The position numbers and the translations under genes are program-made. Below the pieces are notes generated by a model, which ran no database searches, was not told the DNA's origin, and saw nothing but the letters and a program-made list of their open reading frames with translations. From Phoronis australis (taxonomy: Eukaryota; Animalia; Phoronida): a DNA stretch of 64,000 nt. The DNA lies in contig NMRA01000114.1 in assembly GCA_002633005.1 (NCBI GenBank), positions 803,809-867,808 on the forward strand, in the 5' to 3' direction. Shown piece by piece: positions 12,007 through 25,355 of this stretch; the stretch's first letter is position 1; every line of letters begins with the position of its first letter.

Positions 12007-14402
12007 GTAAGTGAATGTTTTCAATTTTAAGTTGAAGAGTGTTGGAACTGCGTCGGCATAAGCTAAAGTTAAAAAACACTTTGTCTTTGTATGCAGTTCA
12101 ATTTTTCAATAACCATGTCTCACCGACTTTCATTGTTCTTATAGAACAGCTTGGAGAAAGCAAACTGTTTTAAACGGAACTACCATTTTGCACAAGATTG
12201 ATTTTACATGGCCAGTGATTTAACTTTATCCTCTTACATTTTACCTGGTGTCACGATAACAGTAGTTTACTTAGTCTCCCAAGTTATCTCCCCTCATTAG
12301 CAACTTGCAGTCTGTTCCCCATTCTTGACCTTTGTTGACCCTGGGTGTGATGAAAAGATTAGTTGACACAGTTTAGTCCATTACTAAACGGGGGTGTTGG
12401 GGGTGGGGAGTGAGCTGTTTTGTTGTGACAGATTAAGCATCCTGTTATGAAAGAAATTTGAAGTAAACATCCCATGCCTCATAATTTGTGGACTGTCATT
12501 TGTGCGTTACTGTTTTAAAGTCATCTAATGCTGATTTTGCAGCGTCTGAATTGCTTTGGTTTTATTGTAGTACTTGAAGCATGGCCTAGTTTTATGTTTG
12601 GCGCTTATCTCGTTTTAAATCCAGTGACATTTACTCTGAGACACAGTCTATCTTGTTTCATTGTCAAAAGCTCACGGAGATTGATAAAGGCTGTCTCCCA
12701 CCTTTGTACTGGCCACGCACTGTCAGGCTTTTCGTGATCCTACAGGACTCGTGACATTTAGAATAGAGCTCAGCTTGGTGCACTCGGTTTAAATAAGCTC
12801 ACGCCAAGTCTGTTCAAACAGTGCTAGCAGACATCACACTTAAATCTTAGTTCCAATTACTACGTACAGTGTGAGCTGCTATCTCCACCTAGTGTCTGAT
12901 CTTGGAACCATCATGTGACCAAGCTCATTGGTTTCAAAGTTTTTGAGCCAAGTCTTTAGCGTTAACGGTTTGTTTTGTGCGTTTGACTTGACATGAAACG
13001 GGTTCCAATCAGATGATACTTGGTGCGCCCTCTTAAGGTGATTAGCGCCTTCAGGGCAATCACTGCCACGTATTCAGAAAATTTTGCCTTCAAGAGGGTG
13101 TACTGCCAAACTGTCCGCATCTAGTTATCAGCTGCTGCTATTCCATCGTTGCTGCGAATAAATTATTCTATTTAGTAGTTCTTCTTTATCTGACTAGAAA
13201 TACATTTTCAACTTCTTTGTGTATTCGTATGTTCGTTGAACGAATTAAGAAATATGCTGGTTCTTGGCAAAGACAGAAATCTCTTGTCATCTAATGAAGT
13301 TGACGTCAAAAGTTAGGTTCTTCAATATATTGCTGGTTCACAACCACTTTAAGAAAGTAAAAAACGTGGCATGTATTTTTCATGGCTTGGAATTTTCCTA
13401 TCTTATGAGGATTTCCTCTTTTGGTTTCTATTTCCTCTTATTTGATTTCTAATTTTCTCTTTTTATCATTATTTTGACTTTATTCATGCCTATTTGTTTG
13501 TGGAAAGATACATCACCTGGAAAATTTTTGTCTTTTTGTCAATGGTCATTTCAAGCCCTGGCTTTTTATTAGAGGATTAACAGAATTCTTAGAATGTTCC
13601 CGTGAAAAATACTAGCTCACATAAATAGTGTGACTTGAAGTGCACATCAGCAGTTTTAACATATCGTAATTACTGGGTTCTATTCTTAGAAACATATTCC
13701 AATGTTCACCTGTTTATGTCAGTAATCCGTGAGAAATTGCATTTAGAATAAATTTGCTGTAGTTATCTTTCCTGCTGTAGTGTAGAGGAGTGATGAATAT
13801 TTCCTCAAACTGTAACACGCTAAAGATGCAAGACTGTCAATTGACTGCGTGTTGTTACAGTTACGGCATGCACTGTTTGTTCAAATGGTGATTAGAAGTT
13901 CGTCAATACTTAGAAAAGTATTTATATCCAGTAGTTTTTCATCATTTGGTATGTACTCAGAGTGGCCTATCCCAGGTAATGCGATGGCTTGGATTTAGAA
14001 TGTACAGTGGTGCCCTCTACCGTTATGCAAAAGAGAACTAATGGTATTGTGGAACCGCAATGTTGTGTTTAAGGAACACAAATGCATAAATGTTGGAAAA
14101 ACAACTTTTTTACGTTATTTGGTAGAATTTTGATGGTATGTTTGTACAGAATCTAATTTAAACATTGGCCAGTCTTTTGAATGATCTACTTGATAATGCC
14201 AGTGAAAAAGCATCCTGATAAGTGTCTGAGTGGTGAGAATAGAAAATAGCTCGCCTGCGGGGGCCAGTTGTCGGATGAGGGTCACATTTGACTGTGCATT
14301 CATTTATGCTGGTGGACAGCACGTTAACTAGCGCCACCTTGGAAATTCCCGAGCTCATTAATCGTGCGCATCTCATGTGCTCTGTATTTGTTTTGTTTAT
14401 AG

Positions 14403-14692
14403 TGGACAAAGTGCGGCTCACCCAAGAGAACCGTGCCACCAAAGGCAAGATGGAGCAGATCCGTGCAATGCTTGAAGAGCGGAGGCAGAAGAGGCGAGAG
14501 CGACAAGAGGCCAAAGTAAGCGAGACCTTCTGCTGGGAAACGCGCGAGAGGAATGGGTCTGACTCGAGTATGACTGAGAACGAGGACATAGACATGGAGT
14601 CCACCAATGTTGAGGCGTCTGTTACAGATAACGTGGCGGAAGCTGATACAGGCTATACCAACCTGGCACACGAGAGCTCTATTCTAGCGTGA
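14403..14692 (+). CDS. MIDN: Midnolin last coding exon (C-terminal proteasome-binding helix/NLS plus acidic tail)
   Basis: ttttgtttatag| phase 1. Encodes (V)DKVRLTQENRATKGKMEQIRAMLEERRQKRRERQEAK, matching midnolin ENRATRCKVERLQLLLQQKRLRRKARR; stop TGA at 14690-14692. Confidence 0.9.
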
Positions 14693-17600
14693 TTGTGGAA
14701 CTGATAGGGGTTAGTCACTGTCGGTATTTTGAAGTTGCTGCGTTATGCGAATTTACCCAATAATAAGGGTTGGTGTGGCTCCTTGCATGCATGTCAGGCG
14801 CTGCAGACTCAGATGGGAAGAAAAAATGTGCAATTCTAGGTACGGAGTTTGAATTCACTCGCGACATTGTTGTTACCGCTCTTTATAAGCGAACCAACAG
14901 TTAAGTCCCGTCGGTACAAGACAACCCTTCTGTTGACATGATGCAGTAACCCTGAGTTCTATTGATAGCCGAAGCTGGTGTTATGTCAGAGTCAGCACTG
15001 ATGTTGATGTTTACACTCCCTGTTCACTATATGATCTCATTAACGACATTGTGTGCGAAATTGATTTGTCCCTCTTAGTGTTAACGGGACTTTCATACTG
15101 CTTGTTGTCGCCGTGGCAATAGAGTTTCATAGGGAATCACTGGTTCCTATTGGCATGCACAGGTGGTGGAAATAAGAGAGGGACATGGTCAGTATTCATT
15201 TCAGTGCTTGTTCTGGAGTGTGTTGGTCTGGATGTTCGTTGGTCGTGGTGTTGTTTAGTCTGATGTCTCACTGTAGTATGAGCTACCCTTTATCACCAGC
15301 AAGGGTGTCTCTTTGAGGAATGGGAAACTTAATGGTCTTCATTGGTTACACTTAAATAGCACACAGTATGGCCAACAAAAATAAAGATTAAGAATTTTTT
15401 TAGGTTATTACTATTATGATTTGTACCGTGTAAATGTCATAAAACCACATTTGGTAAAGCTTGAAGTATTTACAGTAGTGTTTGAAATTCATTTGGCAAT
15501 TATTCTTTTGCGAAATTACTGTATATCATTATGTCATTTTTAACATTTAGTTTGAATATTCAACCTAAAGTTTCATTGAGCATTTCCTGTAAATTCACCT
15601 TTTGCACGTTAATCTTTATGCTTCCTGCGCGGTAACGAATTTGACTTTAAAATTTGAAGACTTCGAAAGATCCTTAAAATTATTGTTGTTTGTAATGTAT
15701 TCAGGTGCAGTTCCTTTCTTTGTTCTCTGTTGTTACGACATCGTTTTTAATGCGGGATTGATGTTGCCATAGTAACAGGTGTAATGATTCTGTTGACTTA
15801 GCGTATTATTCATTGATTGTATGAATCAATGAAGTCTGTGCTTTTCCATTTATGGGTATGTCCTTATATGGTCTTAACCTAGACTGCACCATGTTGTGGG
15901 GATGTTCAGGTTGACTGTTGAATGTAAACAATAGAGAAAGTACTGACACCTTTTGTGGGTTTAGAGAACTATTGGTCATCATTGTGATAACCATCACAAA
16001 ATGTTGGTCAATAGTGTTCAGAAACATTGAATATTAGACAAAATTTTATGGTGTATCTATAATGCCAAAAATTGATGGTAAAATCTCATCAATTGCAGAC
16101 AAGAATTATTGCCAAATTCCATGTTTTTTCATCTTGCGAAGGCTTTTAACATTATTGCGACTACCTGTGTTACTCAAAACATTGTCTGTTGATATATGAA
16201 AAACAAAAAAAATCCAGTTTTACTTCTCTTTATTGTGTCCTAAATTGGTGAGATTTTGCCGCAGCTCATAAATTTTAGAAGCTCATATTTTGTTATCTTC
16301 AATTTGTGCATTTATCTGACTTTAATTTTGTCTGATGCTAGTCAAGATAAAACTTTCCACTCTGCGAGCAGAAAGCACAGCCTTCTGTAATAACTGTATT
16401 GTTTCATGGTATGTTGTGAATACTCTTAAAGAATTTCATGGTTGATAAAAAAATTAGACGTTTCATGTAACATGTCGCGATTTCATGTATTTAGTTACAC
16501 TCTGCAAGATTTACCTTTCTCTAATTTTTATGGAAAAATAAATCCTGGAAAATCTACGGAGATTGGAAACTCAGTGGGAACCATTCAGTCTTGTTGGGAA
16601 GATTTGTTATGTTGGATTGCATGCCGTGTCACTTGTGTCGCTGGATGATAACTAAAGCCAATTTCTGTTGTTGTATCCACCATGGCAGGCGCACCCTTCG
16701 CTGGGCAAAGAGGTGCGTGATGCTAAATAGTGCGACATGGTAACAAAAATCTGTGTGCCTGGGTGCAATTTCCATCAAAATTTATATTTTGCGTCACTTT
16801 TTTAGTGATAATCACAGGTATTTTTTGTGGAAAAAATATCACAGAGTACAAATGATGCCCGGCGTCACACCCTGGTCCAAGAGCAGTCAGTGTCCATCAT
16901 TTTTGCCTGTGGTTTTCATTGATACAGCGGTGTGTTGTACATGTTTCATGTATTGTAAATATCTGTTATGTTGGTGTTAATTTTGATTATTGTTGTGCGT
17001 AACAAATTCAGCGACGAATCGATCCAGACAAAGATGTTTCAAGAATATTGATCAGAGTCGGTGTCTTGTCACCTCTGTCTCAGCATATGCTGTCATTAAT
17101 GGGGTGTTATCTCCCTGAGAAATTTTTGAATCAACATGGGAGATAATATACAACAAAATAAAGACGACTGGAAAGGTTTTCTGAAATGTCTGCTGGATTG
17201 GACAATACCTCACGTTTTATATTAGTGAAACTAAATGTACTTTCAGTATTATACAAATTTTAATCTCATTTAATGTGATACAATTTCAATTTTAGGGATG
17301 TCTGCACTGCTTTTAGAGTTTACAGCATTTGCAAGTAATATAAATACTGTTGGGTTTATTCTTTTGGTATTTTAGAGGATTGTATACTGTATACAAATAT
17401 ACGAAATTGTGTGTGAATTTTAGTTTGTACATGTTAATAGGTATGATTGTAAAATTATTGAAAAAATTAACAGAAAAATATACAACTTCATCATTAGGTT
17501 TTTGTGTTTTGCATTACAAATATGTATTCAGACGACAGCAGTGTCCAAATCCATGCATTGGGACTTGCATGCCAGTGATTTTCCCTGACGAATATGTCAC

Positions 17601-18334
17601 TATAAGATATCAGTATACGACATTGAAATCTATTCAAACCGGTTTTATTGCTGTAGAATTCTTAACATAAATGTTGCCCTGCTACACATGAAAGGAATTA
17701 GGATCAGTGGTCATAATAATTAAGGAGAATTGATGACACCAGCAGTTCTTGTACATTTTTATTGATGGAAGTACAGGGTGAAGTGAAATGGAGTTTCATA
17801 TGTTTACTTCCGAGACTTCTGCCCAGGCGTCGAATTGTAACCACAAACATAGCACATGTGTATGCCTAATGTAGTTTGATATTTCTACAGGTGAACCACT
17901 GTGGTCAATTTCAGGATCCATATTTGATACTATTGTACGTGGACTTCATGTAGTAAAAACAGACTCGACAAAAAACGTGAATCCACTTATGGTTACGGTA
18001 AAATTTCACTAATTTATGACACAATATGAAAGACAGGTGAAATATTGCTTTTCTCGAAATTAAGCGTTGTGCCAAAATGCTGGTTTGCCGTGTTAAATTA
18101 AAGCTCAGTACCACGGGTACCAACTGACAAAAATTACGAGAAATTGTAATCCTTCAGAATGGTGATAATCGTACAGGAAGGGGGGGGGGGACCGGGAGGG
18201 AATACGAATTTAGCAATGACTGGGACAGATCAACTTAGTACCCGATTTAGTTGTGAGGTTCCAGTAACTGATTCTCAAATCACTTTCAAGCAATGAGCTT
18301 GTATCCCACTATTACACGTAAGCCTTCAGAGAAG

Positions 18335-18490
18335 CAGACGTGCGTTCAGTAACGCTAGGACCTACGCCAGTACCTAGCTAAAATCTAGCCAAAGTCACGT
18401 GTTCTCATTTAAAGTACACGGCCACATCTCACGTAATCTCACAAAGTCTTGCTTTTTAGCGAGGTCCCAGCGTTACTGAACGGGAGGCTG
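18335..18490. mobile_element. 156-bp MITE, copy 1
   Basis: TIR CAGACGTGCGTTCAGTAACGCTAGGACCT / AGGTCCCAGCGTTACTGAACGGGAGGCTG; a similar copy lies at 26145-26300. Confidence 0.85.
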
Positions 18491-18847
18491 GTATGCACAA
18501 ATTGATCGGCATGTAGGAATTGCTATGAAATCATTACTTTTTGCATCCAATGTCGGAATAAATTTAGGAAAAATAGTTACCTAAACAGTGCACAATTTCT
18601 AGTCTTCTCAGTTTGGAACTAGATTCTTTGTAAATATTTCATTTGAGAATGCTCATTTCATTCATTAACCCACCAAATTTCACCAACAGGTGTCCCCGCA
18701 AGTGCTGCACAATGAATGGTTAGCATGTAGGAGGTTACATAGTGCTCATATGACTACTAAACCAAAATGTTGACGTACTTCACACTTAGAAATATTTCAT
18801 TTTCCAAGCACCTCCAAGTCAATTAAAAAGTCATACACATCATAACT

Positions 18848-18940
18848 GTCCAATCTATAATTAATACAATATTATAAAAATCAAACCGTTGTCCAATCTA
18901 TAATTTATACAATATTATAGAAATCAAACTGTCGTCCAGT
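18848..18940. repeat. ~43-bp tandem repeat x2 plus partial copy
   Basis: TGTCCAATCTATAATT(A/T)ATACAATATTATA(A/G)AAATCAAAC repeated. Confidence 0.85.
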
Positions 18941-19070
18941 TTACAATCTTCACAATGTTATTAACATTGTTATGGACTTATAGTTAAAATTTTCTGGTAG
19001 CCACTGAAGACTCACAGCATTAACCTTTCTATGAATGGCGACAACACATCCAGCAGCAGATTTGTACAAA

Positions 19071-20290
19071 ATTTTTATTTTTATTTTATATTTCTTATTT
19101 TGCTCAAGCATGATAATTACATGTCACATAAAACAATACATTATACATCGTTTACAAAGAATAACATTAAATCATTAGTCAACAAGTACCGAATTTTCTT
19201 CAGGATGTAATTTAATAAAGTTTATGAACATTTGGAATTTGAGATTTTTTTAACAAACTTTTGGCTAAATGTGTAATTTTTTGCTAGTATGATCAACAGA
19301 TTAATGTTACAATTTTCCGACTGAGTGTTTCCCAAAAAAACAAACAAAAAACACCGTTATTTTGTCCACATGAAAATTTACATGATATATTTGTTTTAAC
19401 CATACAGCAAACAGGAGCCAGAAACCGGATACAAGACGATATTCCCAAAACAGATGGAGAAAAGTTTCACTGTGTTCACCACAGAAAAAGCATAAATCAC
19501 TTGTTTTGATTTTAATTTTATGCAAATAATTATTGGTTGGTTCTGAGAATTAAGTGGTATTGAAACCAACGCAATTTTGTATCTTTTGTACAATTGAAGG
19601 AGAGTTTATTTACTTTTCTCCACCATGTATCAGGGTCACTAAAATTTACATTATTTATAACAAGGTTTATATCTATCTCAGACAGCCACTTGTTTTTGTC
19701 TGAAGTGTCTGTACTAAGGTGTCATTAATATTTACCGTTTGTGATTTAGTATGCAAAATTTTATAAATATAACTTGGAAAATTTGGGAAAAAGATATTGT
19801 CTTGTCTATTCTTAAGACCCCTGTATGCTGCAAAGGTTGCACTTCTTAATCTATAGAATTCTAGTAATGGAGGCTGAAAGTTACAACTGTTACAGAATTC
19901 TTCGTCTTAAAGCCTTAAACAAATCACTAACACCATAGACTCCCCTTTCATACCAGGTCTTGTAGAAAATAGATTTTCTATCGACTTTAATCTTTGAATT
20001 CACAGGGGAGAGTAAATAATATTTTCATTTTTATTACACATTTGAAACTGGAGCACAACATCGCTTAAAACTTCCCTCCAGAACAGATTGTCGGTTTCTT
20101 CAGCTTTTTTTAAGAAAAGCGTCCCGCATTTTAAAAAAAAATTATCAACTTTACACCCCAAAACTGTCTCTGCAAGTTCAAGATGTGAATAGTATACGAA
20201 GCCATGATATTTTAATATTTTAATAAAACTCAAAGTTACATGAACCGTTTTTAAACCACCATTATCCTGATTTTGTACAATTTCATCGAC
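19071..20290 (-). mobile_element. Decayed 5'-truncated L1/Tx1-type LINE (3' end of ORF2)
   Basis: Broken minus-strand frames include EIVQNQDNGGLK (post-RT GGL motif) and CFFCGEHSETFLHLFWE...FW (C-terminal CCHC/zf-RVT-type motif). An A-rich tail lies at about 19071-19090. Confidence 0.75.
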
Positions 20291-21152
20291 TTCGGCTAAC
20301 TCTGTCATTCTTCCCATTCCAAATGAAGCAAAATAAAAAAAAATGGCTCTGATAAGAGGATTTGTGCAATACAGGAAAGTTACACACCTGCTGGTAAAAC
20401 TGGCAGCTGATATACATAACAAACTGAATATCTGGCTGCTTGAAATCCTAGTAAAATGAAGAGATCTCTACAAATTGTAAAGGCATGTATATACGTACGT
20501 ACGTACTTATGTTAGTACATCTGCTGTGGAGTGCTGGTTGGGATAAACAGTGACCCACAATCCTTTGAGTGTATGACATTACACACTAGCTGCATCAAGG
20601 TCAATATAGGCGATTTCATCTACGGCACTTAATATCGAAAGAACGCCTTTCCAAAGATAACTGGGGATCTGTAATTTACTTAATGTGACATAAAAAACCG
20701 ATGTGTTCACTTTTAATTCTGCCATATATCAACTTTATGCTCAAGCTGAATATAAAACGTGGTTTCGAGCCTCTGTCAAGACTCGGGTACATCTCGATTC
20801 ACCCTCACAACCTTTTGCACTGACCCACTAGGGAGAAATGCGACCTCGCAAATAAACTACAACAAAATCGTGTATATTGCACAATTCTGTGAACAAGACC
20901 ATGTGGAAATGAAAGGCACAGTGCAACAACACCGTCTTAGACCTTCTGTTTTCAAGTCAGCCTCTATGTTAGCTCTTAGCTTCTGTGAAATTGTAAACAT
21001 GCAAATTTCAACAGACCTCTTTCAGATTTTATAGCCTTTAACTTTGTTAGGTCGATGACAAAATCACTTATCAAAATGTCTTTTGCACGATGAGGACCAT
21101 GAGATCAGTTGCTTAGAACACAGGCCAAACACAATATCCACCACGGTTTTCT

Positions 21153-21276
21153 TCACTTATTTCCCTTGTCCAAATGTTTAACAAATGTCTCATACAATTC
21201 TCCTATGGCCTGATCCAGGAACAGTTTCTCTACAGTTTGCCACGTCATGTCTGAATACACTTGAAAGTCCTTGAAC
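21153..21276 (-). CDS. RWDD3: RWD domain-containing protein 3 (RSUME), last exon
   Basis: ttgtttgcag|G TTC AAG...AAG TGA; phase 2. Encodes FKDFQVYSDMTWQTVEKLFLDQAIGELYETFVKHLDKGNK*. Confidence 0.85.
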
Positions 21277-21712
21277 CTGCAAACAAGTTCAAATGTAGAA
21301 TACGTTTTTGTTTGCCTGCCATCTGTTGTACAAAATTAAAGACAGTCAGCGTCTCTTTTGCAAGTGATCCCAGTTAGTTACACAGTGATGAAAAAATTGC
21401 ATCATGAAACAAGGTGGATATTCTACAACATGTTTTTAAGTTTTTCACCATCGTTTTCTTAAAGAAATTATGTTTCATGATATGATAAGCCCACCATTTC
21501 TGTTTTTATTAGGGTGGGTCTATTATAAAGCAGCTATCAACCCGCCTTTACACCATTTACCATTTACCATTATGAAACTGGTCTCAAGTTGTTCCTTAGT
21601 CTAATTAGAAATGATTTCAGGACTTGGAAAGAAATAAAAGTTCATTATTTCTAAAAATAAAACCAATAGTTCTTCCTGGGCCCAGAGATCAATCCTAAAC
21701 TGCGTAAGGCAC

Positions 21713-21895
21713 AATAATAATAATAATAATAATAATAATATAAATGCACTGATCACCTGGAAATATTTTTATGCTTTATTAATATATCGTTAAAACCGAG
21801 CTGAGGAGCTAGAAACCTGACTCAAGGGTTTAGCAGTGTGAACCCACGATCTCCAGTAAAGAAAGCGGGCACTTTCTTTACTCGAGGTAAGGCAC
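21713..21895 (-). mobile_element. Degenerate tRNA-derived SINE-like copy with (TTA)n tail
   Basis: (AAT)n microsatellite at 21713-21740; minus-strand B-box-like GGAGATCGTGGGTTCA near 21839-21854. Confidence 0.4.
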
Positions 21896-22221
21896 AAGAA
21901 AATATCAACTTTCTAATGGCAAGTGGCCTAAATCAAAACTAGTTTTTGACAGAAAGCACCGGTTTAATGCCGCTTTAAAAGCAATCAGCACAGAGACTCC
22001 ATTTTGGTGTTATCTTTCTAAAAGTGTGAAATTGACACTTCCTGCAGATTTAGTTGAGTGCTAAATTATACTGAAATTTATCTTGTATTTTCTGATTCTG
22101 TGATATCTAATTAACTGTTGAAATTTGCAGTGCTAATAGCAACTCAAAGTTCAAATAAAATAACAGTGTGACAACTGTTGAAATTTTGGTGAATTGTGTT
22201 CATAGTAATTTGAACACTAAC

Positions 22222-22337
22222 CCTTCTATGTGGTCCTCAAGGGGGTGTTCCATTAGTACCGACATCATTTTCTCCTTACATGGCAGTCCACGGCTGTCAA
22301 CATCAACAATACTTGTCTTGTGCTTCGTTAAATAATT
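22222..22337 (-). CDS. RWDD3: RWDD3 exon 3
   Basis: atttcag|AAT...GAA GG|gttagt. Encodes NYLTKHKTSIVDVDSRGLPCKEKMMSVL, matching RWDD3 KVDVDSSGKKCKEKMISVL. Confidence 0.92.
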
Positions 22338-22659
22338 CTGAAATTACAAGAGTGGAGGGTCCAGAGTTGAGGGCAACTAAATTTCAAAAAATTTGAAACA
22401 AAAACGATCACCAGTACTGATATTTTTCAGCTTTTGTGAAGGCTCAATAATATTGTCTCATCGTAGCTTTGCTATGCGACTTTAAATTGATAAAGTATTT
22501 CTGGTGCTAATTATCGTTAACAAAAAGTAAAAACAAAATTCAATTTGTCTGCCATGAGATTTTATCCTTTAAAGGAGTTAGGAAGTGAATATATCAACAT
22601 TCAACATGGATGAGGTTACCGTGGTTACATATATTTATTAAAGAAACAGGCAACAGCAC

Positions 22660-23153
22660 CTTTATTGAGCCACGTTCTCCCTGGACAATAAGCAGTATAG
22701 TTCTTCCACAGAAGATTAAACACCCAGTCAACTGTAAGTCCTGCATCCACTTCGAAATTGTCTTCACATACTTTGTCTGTGACCGCATGTGGTCAATTCT
22801 AATGATACTAATCCATGATTGCTTCGCAGCATCCATTTTCCCAATAGTCCTTATATGGTCCGTGGAATACACATTAGCAGCTGAAGCTGAATCCAAACTT
22901 TGAGATTCTCTAGATGGTAAATATTTTCTCAAGTTTTCTTGAATCCACAATATTATATCCATGAGCATGGCTTGTCCTTGTAAATTCTTGGCAAATATCA
23001 TGCACTCGTTTTTTAAATGTTCAGCTTGACTGTTGATCAGGAATGGACTCCTGATTGATATCTGTGCAGGGCATTCGGGGTAAGTACCGTCGAGCACAAA
23101 CCCAACGGTCATTCCAACCTCAAGAAGGTTGACGTCTAACATGATAGGCAACT
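22660..23153 (-). CDS. RWDD3: RWDD3 exon 2 (RWD domain and start of C-terminal domain)
   Basis: ttttcag|AG...AAG|gtgctg; 494 nt, phase 1/0. Contains the YPECPA RWD motif, GQAMLMDIILWIQEN and IDHMRSQTKYVKTISKW. Confidence 0.93.
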
Positions 23154-23584
23154 CTGAAAAAAGTAACAGTAAGATATGACGTGTTTGTATTTTGAGAACT
23201 AATTTTATCCTCTCAATAACAAACATCAAACTGGTTATCAAAATGCGAGTACATTATCTCTAATTATTGCCCTGAAAACAGCAAAGATCAAACAAAAAGT
23301 ACACTGCGATGAAACGTATCTCTCCCCCTGGAAAACAATACCAAAGCCACAGGTAATACTTTCGTTGTCTAATGTCAATAATTTACAAGAAACATAGCGA
23401 AACAATAAATTTCAAGCAGTCCAAGGTGTAATTGTGCAAATGGGCACCTCTTCAAAATGGCTGCCGAAAACCAGTTTTCCCTGAAAAAACTTCAATATTT
23501 ATGCAACTTTGTCGTTATTAAACTGCACATGCTCCTAGTGCGTGTAATGTAAAAATAGGATCACACGCAGTGTAAAAGTTACAG

Positions 23585-23820
23585 GTTGCCGATTTGGGCA
23601 ACTGAAGGAAGAACTACTAAAAAAAGTTTATTCGAGTTGAAAGGAATTAAAGACATCGACGGCCTCCTGAGGTGTCCCTGTATGCGCAAATGTACTTAAA
23701 ACAATGTGACTTTGATGCTTTAATTCGGGTGAGGCATCATTCGCCAAAAAGCTTCTGGCATATGAAGCACCTATAGGAGCATCACCGTCTCTATTGAAGC
23801 CAGTCAAGACAGTGGCACTG
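23585..23820. repeat. Interspersed repeat, uninterrupted copy
   Basis: 23585-23650 aligns by eye with 25870-25952, and 23644-23820 aligns with 26937-27073. Confidence 0.75.
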
Positions 23821-24736
23821 GATTGCACTGGATTGCACTGGATTGCACAAAGCCTGAAGGAATTGTCTCAAGTATGAGAAGATATTGGTATTGTCTTGGA
23901 CTTGAGTAGAGTTTGTCATCACTTGGCATTGTATGTACTAGCCTATGCTGTGGTCAAGCCCTCATCACCAGTGATCATGCCATAGGCATAGACATATTTG
24001 TCACAGCATAGGCATTGGGCCATAGTACGCTGAATAGTATGGCACACTGGATTACTGACATAGCGTTGGCAAGCCAGCTAGCTGTATGAAGACTATCCTC
24101 AAAATACAGCTAGGTACCACTGTGTGTTGAGCTCCATAGACCCCGAAATTTCACACAGCCCGGGTAGTTATGCTCGTCACCTCGTCATGAAATTGATCAA
24201 CATGTAGAGCTAATAACCGGAGACGGTGCCTGCAAAATCTGGGAGTCAACAGATACTCACCTTCCCGGTTGCAGCCGTTAACATGTGAAAAATCTTATAA
24301 ATGTCATTTTCTTGCACAATTCTCCACCTTTAGAAACAAACAAAAGTCTGTCATCGTTTTGAAAACAGTACACTCGTGACACGCACACGTGCCATTTCCT
24401 AAATTCTTTACGACATCGTTTGGGAGATGATGCCAGCTTTGCAGCAGCAAAGTTTGTTCTGAAATTCAGTTTCCGGGCATTAAAATACTAAAAACTTGTA
24501 ACGAAATGAAATCAGGTACGATAATTTGTTGTGACATGTATACCTAATGGAAGAATAGTTGATTGAATAATTGGCGAAAAAAGAAACTGGTCAATAGGTG
24601 ACGCTATATTTCATGGCGCCAAAAGCCAATGCATAAGATTGCTCAACAACTTTAGCAGCTGAATAACGGTAGAACGCCAATGTTTCTAACACCAGTAAAT
24701 AATTTAGTTTACCCAATGTAGTAATAGCCGAGATTA

Positions 24737-24818
24737 CCCCACCCGAATGGGGAATCGAACCAGCGACCCCCATAAAACTAGCGAGTGTGACAACCATTCA
24801 GCTAATAGGCAATTGCCC
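24737..24818 (-). mobile_element. tRNA-derived SINE-like head or pseudo-tRNA
   Basis: Minus-strand A-box TAGCTGAATGG and B-box GGTTCGATTCC; no proper cloverleaf. A related fragment lies at about 27078-27105. Confidence 0.55.
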
Positions 24819-25288
24819 ATTAACGAGTAGCTAACAGAGGCTCACATGATTCACCGGAAGCACATCTACAACATTCCCCCCGTTCCTACGGAACAGGCAC
24901 GCCACAAGGAAGGTGAACACCAGGATGTCTCACATACAGGTCATCAACATCCCTTGGTACCTTTAGTAACCACAACACAGGTGAACACAAGGCAGTCTCT
25001 CCTCGACTCCTGCAACCTTCCATGTCTGCGGGTACAAGTTGGTAGTGCTTCATAGGAAGATCATCCATTTGCTTACTACGCCAATTGTAGTAATTCTTGT
25101 CCCGAGTGTCATACCTTGTAGTATTATATGTATTGGGGACGATCAGACAGAAGCTGAGCTTGACTGAGGACGCTTGTGGTGGGAGAGAGAAAAAGCTCTT
25201 TGTTTAAGTTTTTAGAAGTTGAGACATACATTATATCAACCTCTTGAGTAATGAGAGACGAAAAAAATGTTATATTACAATATGTCAC

Positions 25289-25355
25289 CTCGTCTGATGA
25301 TGTTCACTTCACCAGGCAAACAGAAAATTGCCTCCAACGCTTCCACCTCTTCCAT
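25289..25355 (-). CDS. RWDD3: RWDD3 first coding exon
   Basis: ATG at 25355; MEEVEALEAIFCLPGEVNIIRR|G|gtgaca is the canonical RWD N-terminal EExxxLxAIF motif. The four exons total 801 nt = 266 aa plus stop. Confidence 0.9.

Noticed and set aside
14516-14521. GTAAGC donor-like site right after the midnolin C-helix
   Set aside because: The frame continues to a Trp-containing motif (TFCW, like vertebrate PYHW) and a normal stop; no downstream coding exon was found. Alternative use cannot be excluded.
14693-17700. Regulatory motifs in the probable long midnolin 3' UTR (ATTTA, TGTAAATA at 16954, GTGCAAT seeds)
   Set aside because: Counts are not obviously above expectation for AT-rich DNA, and the UTR end cannot be fixed without transcripts.
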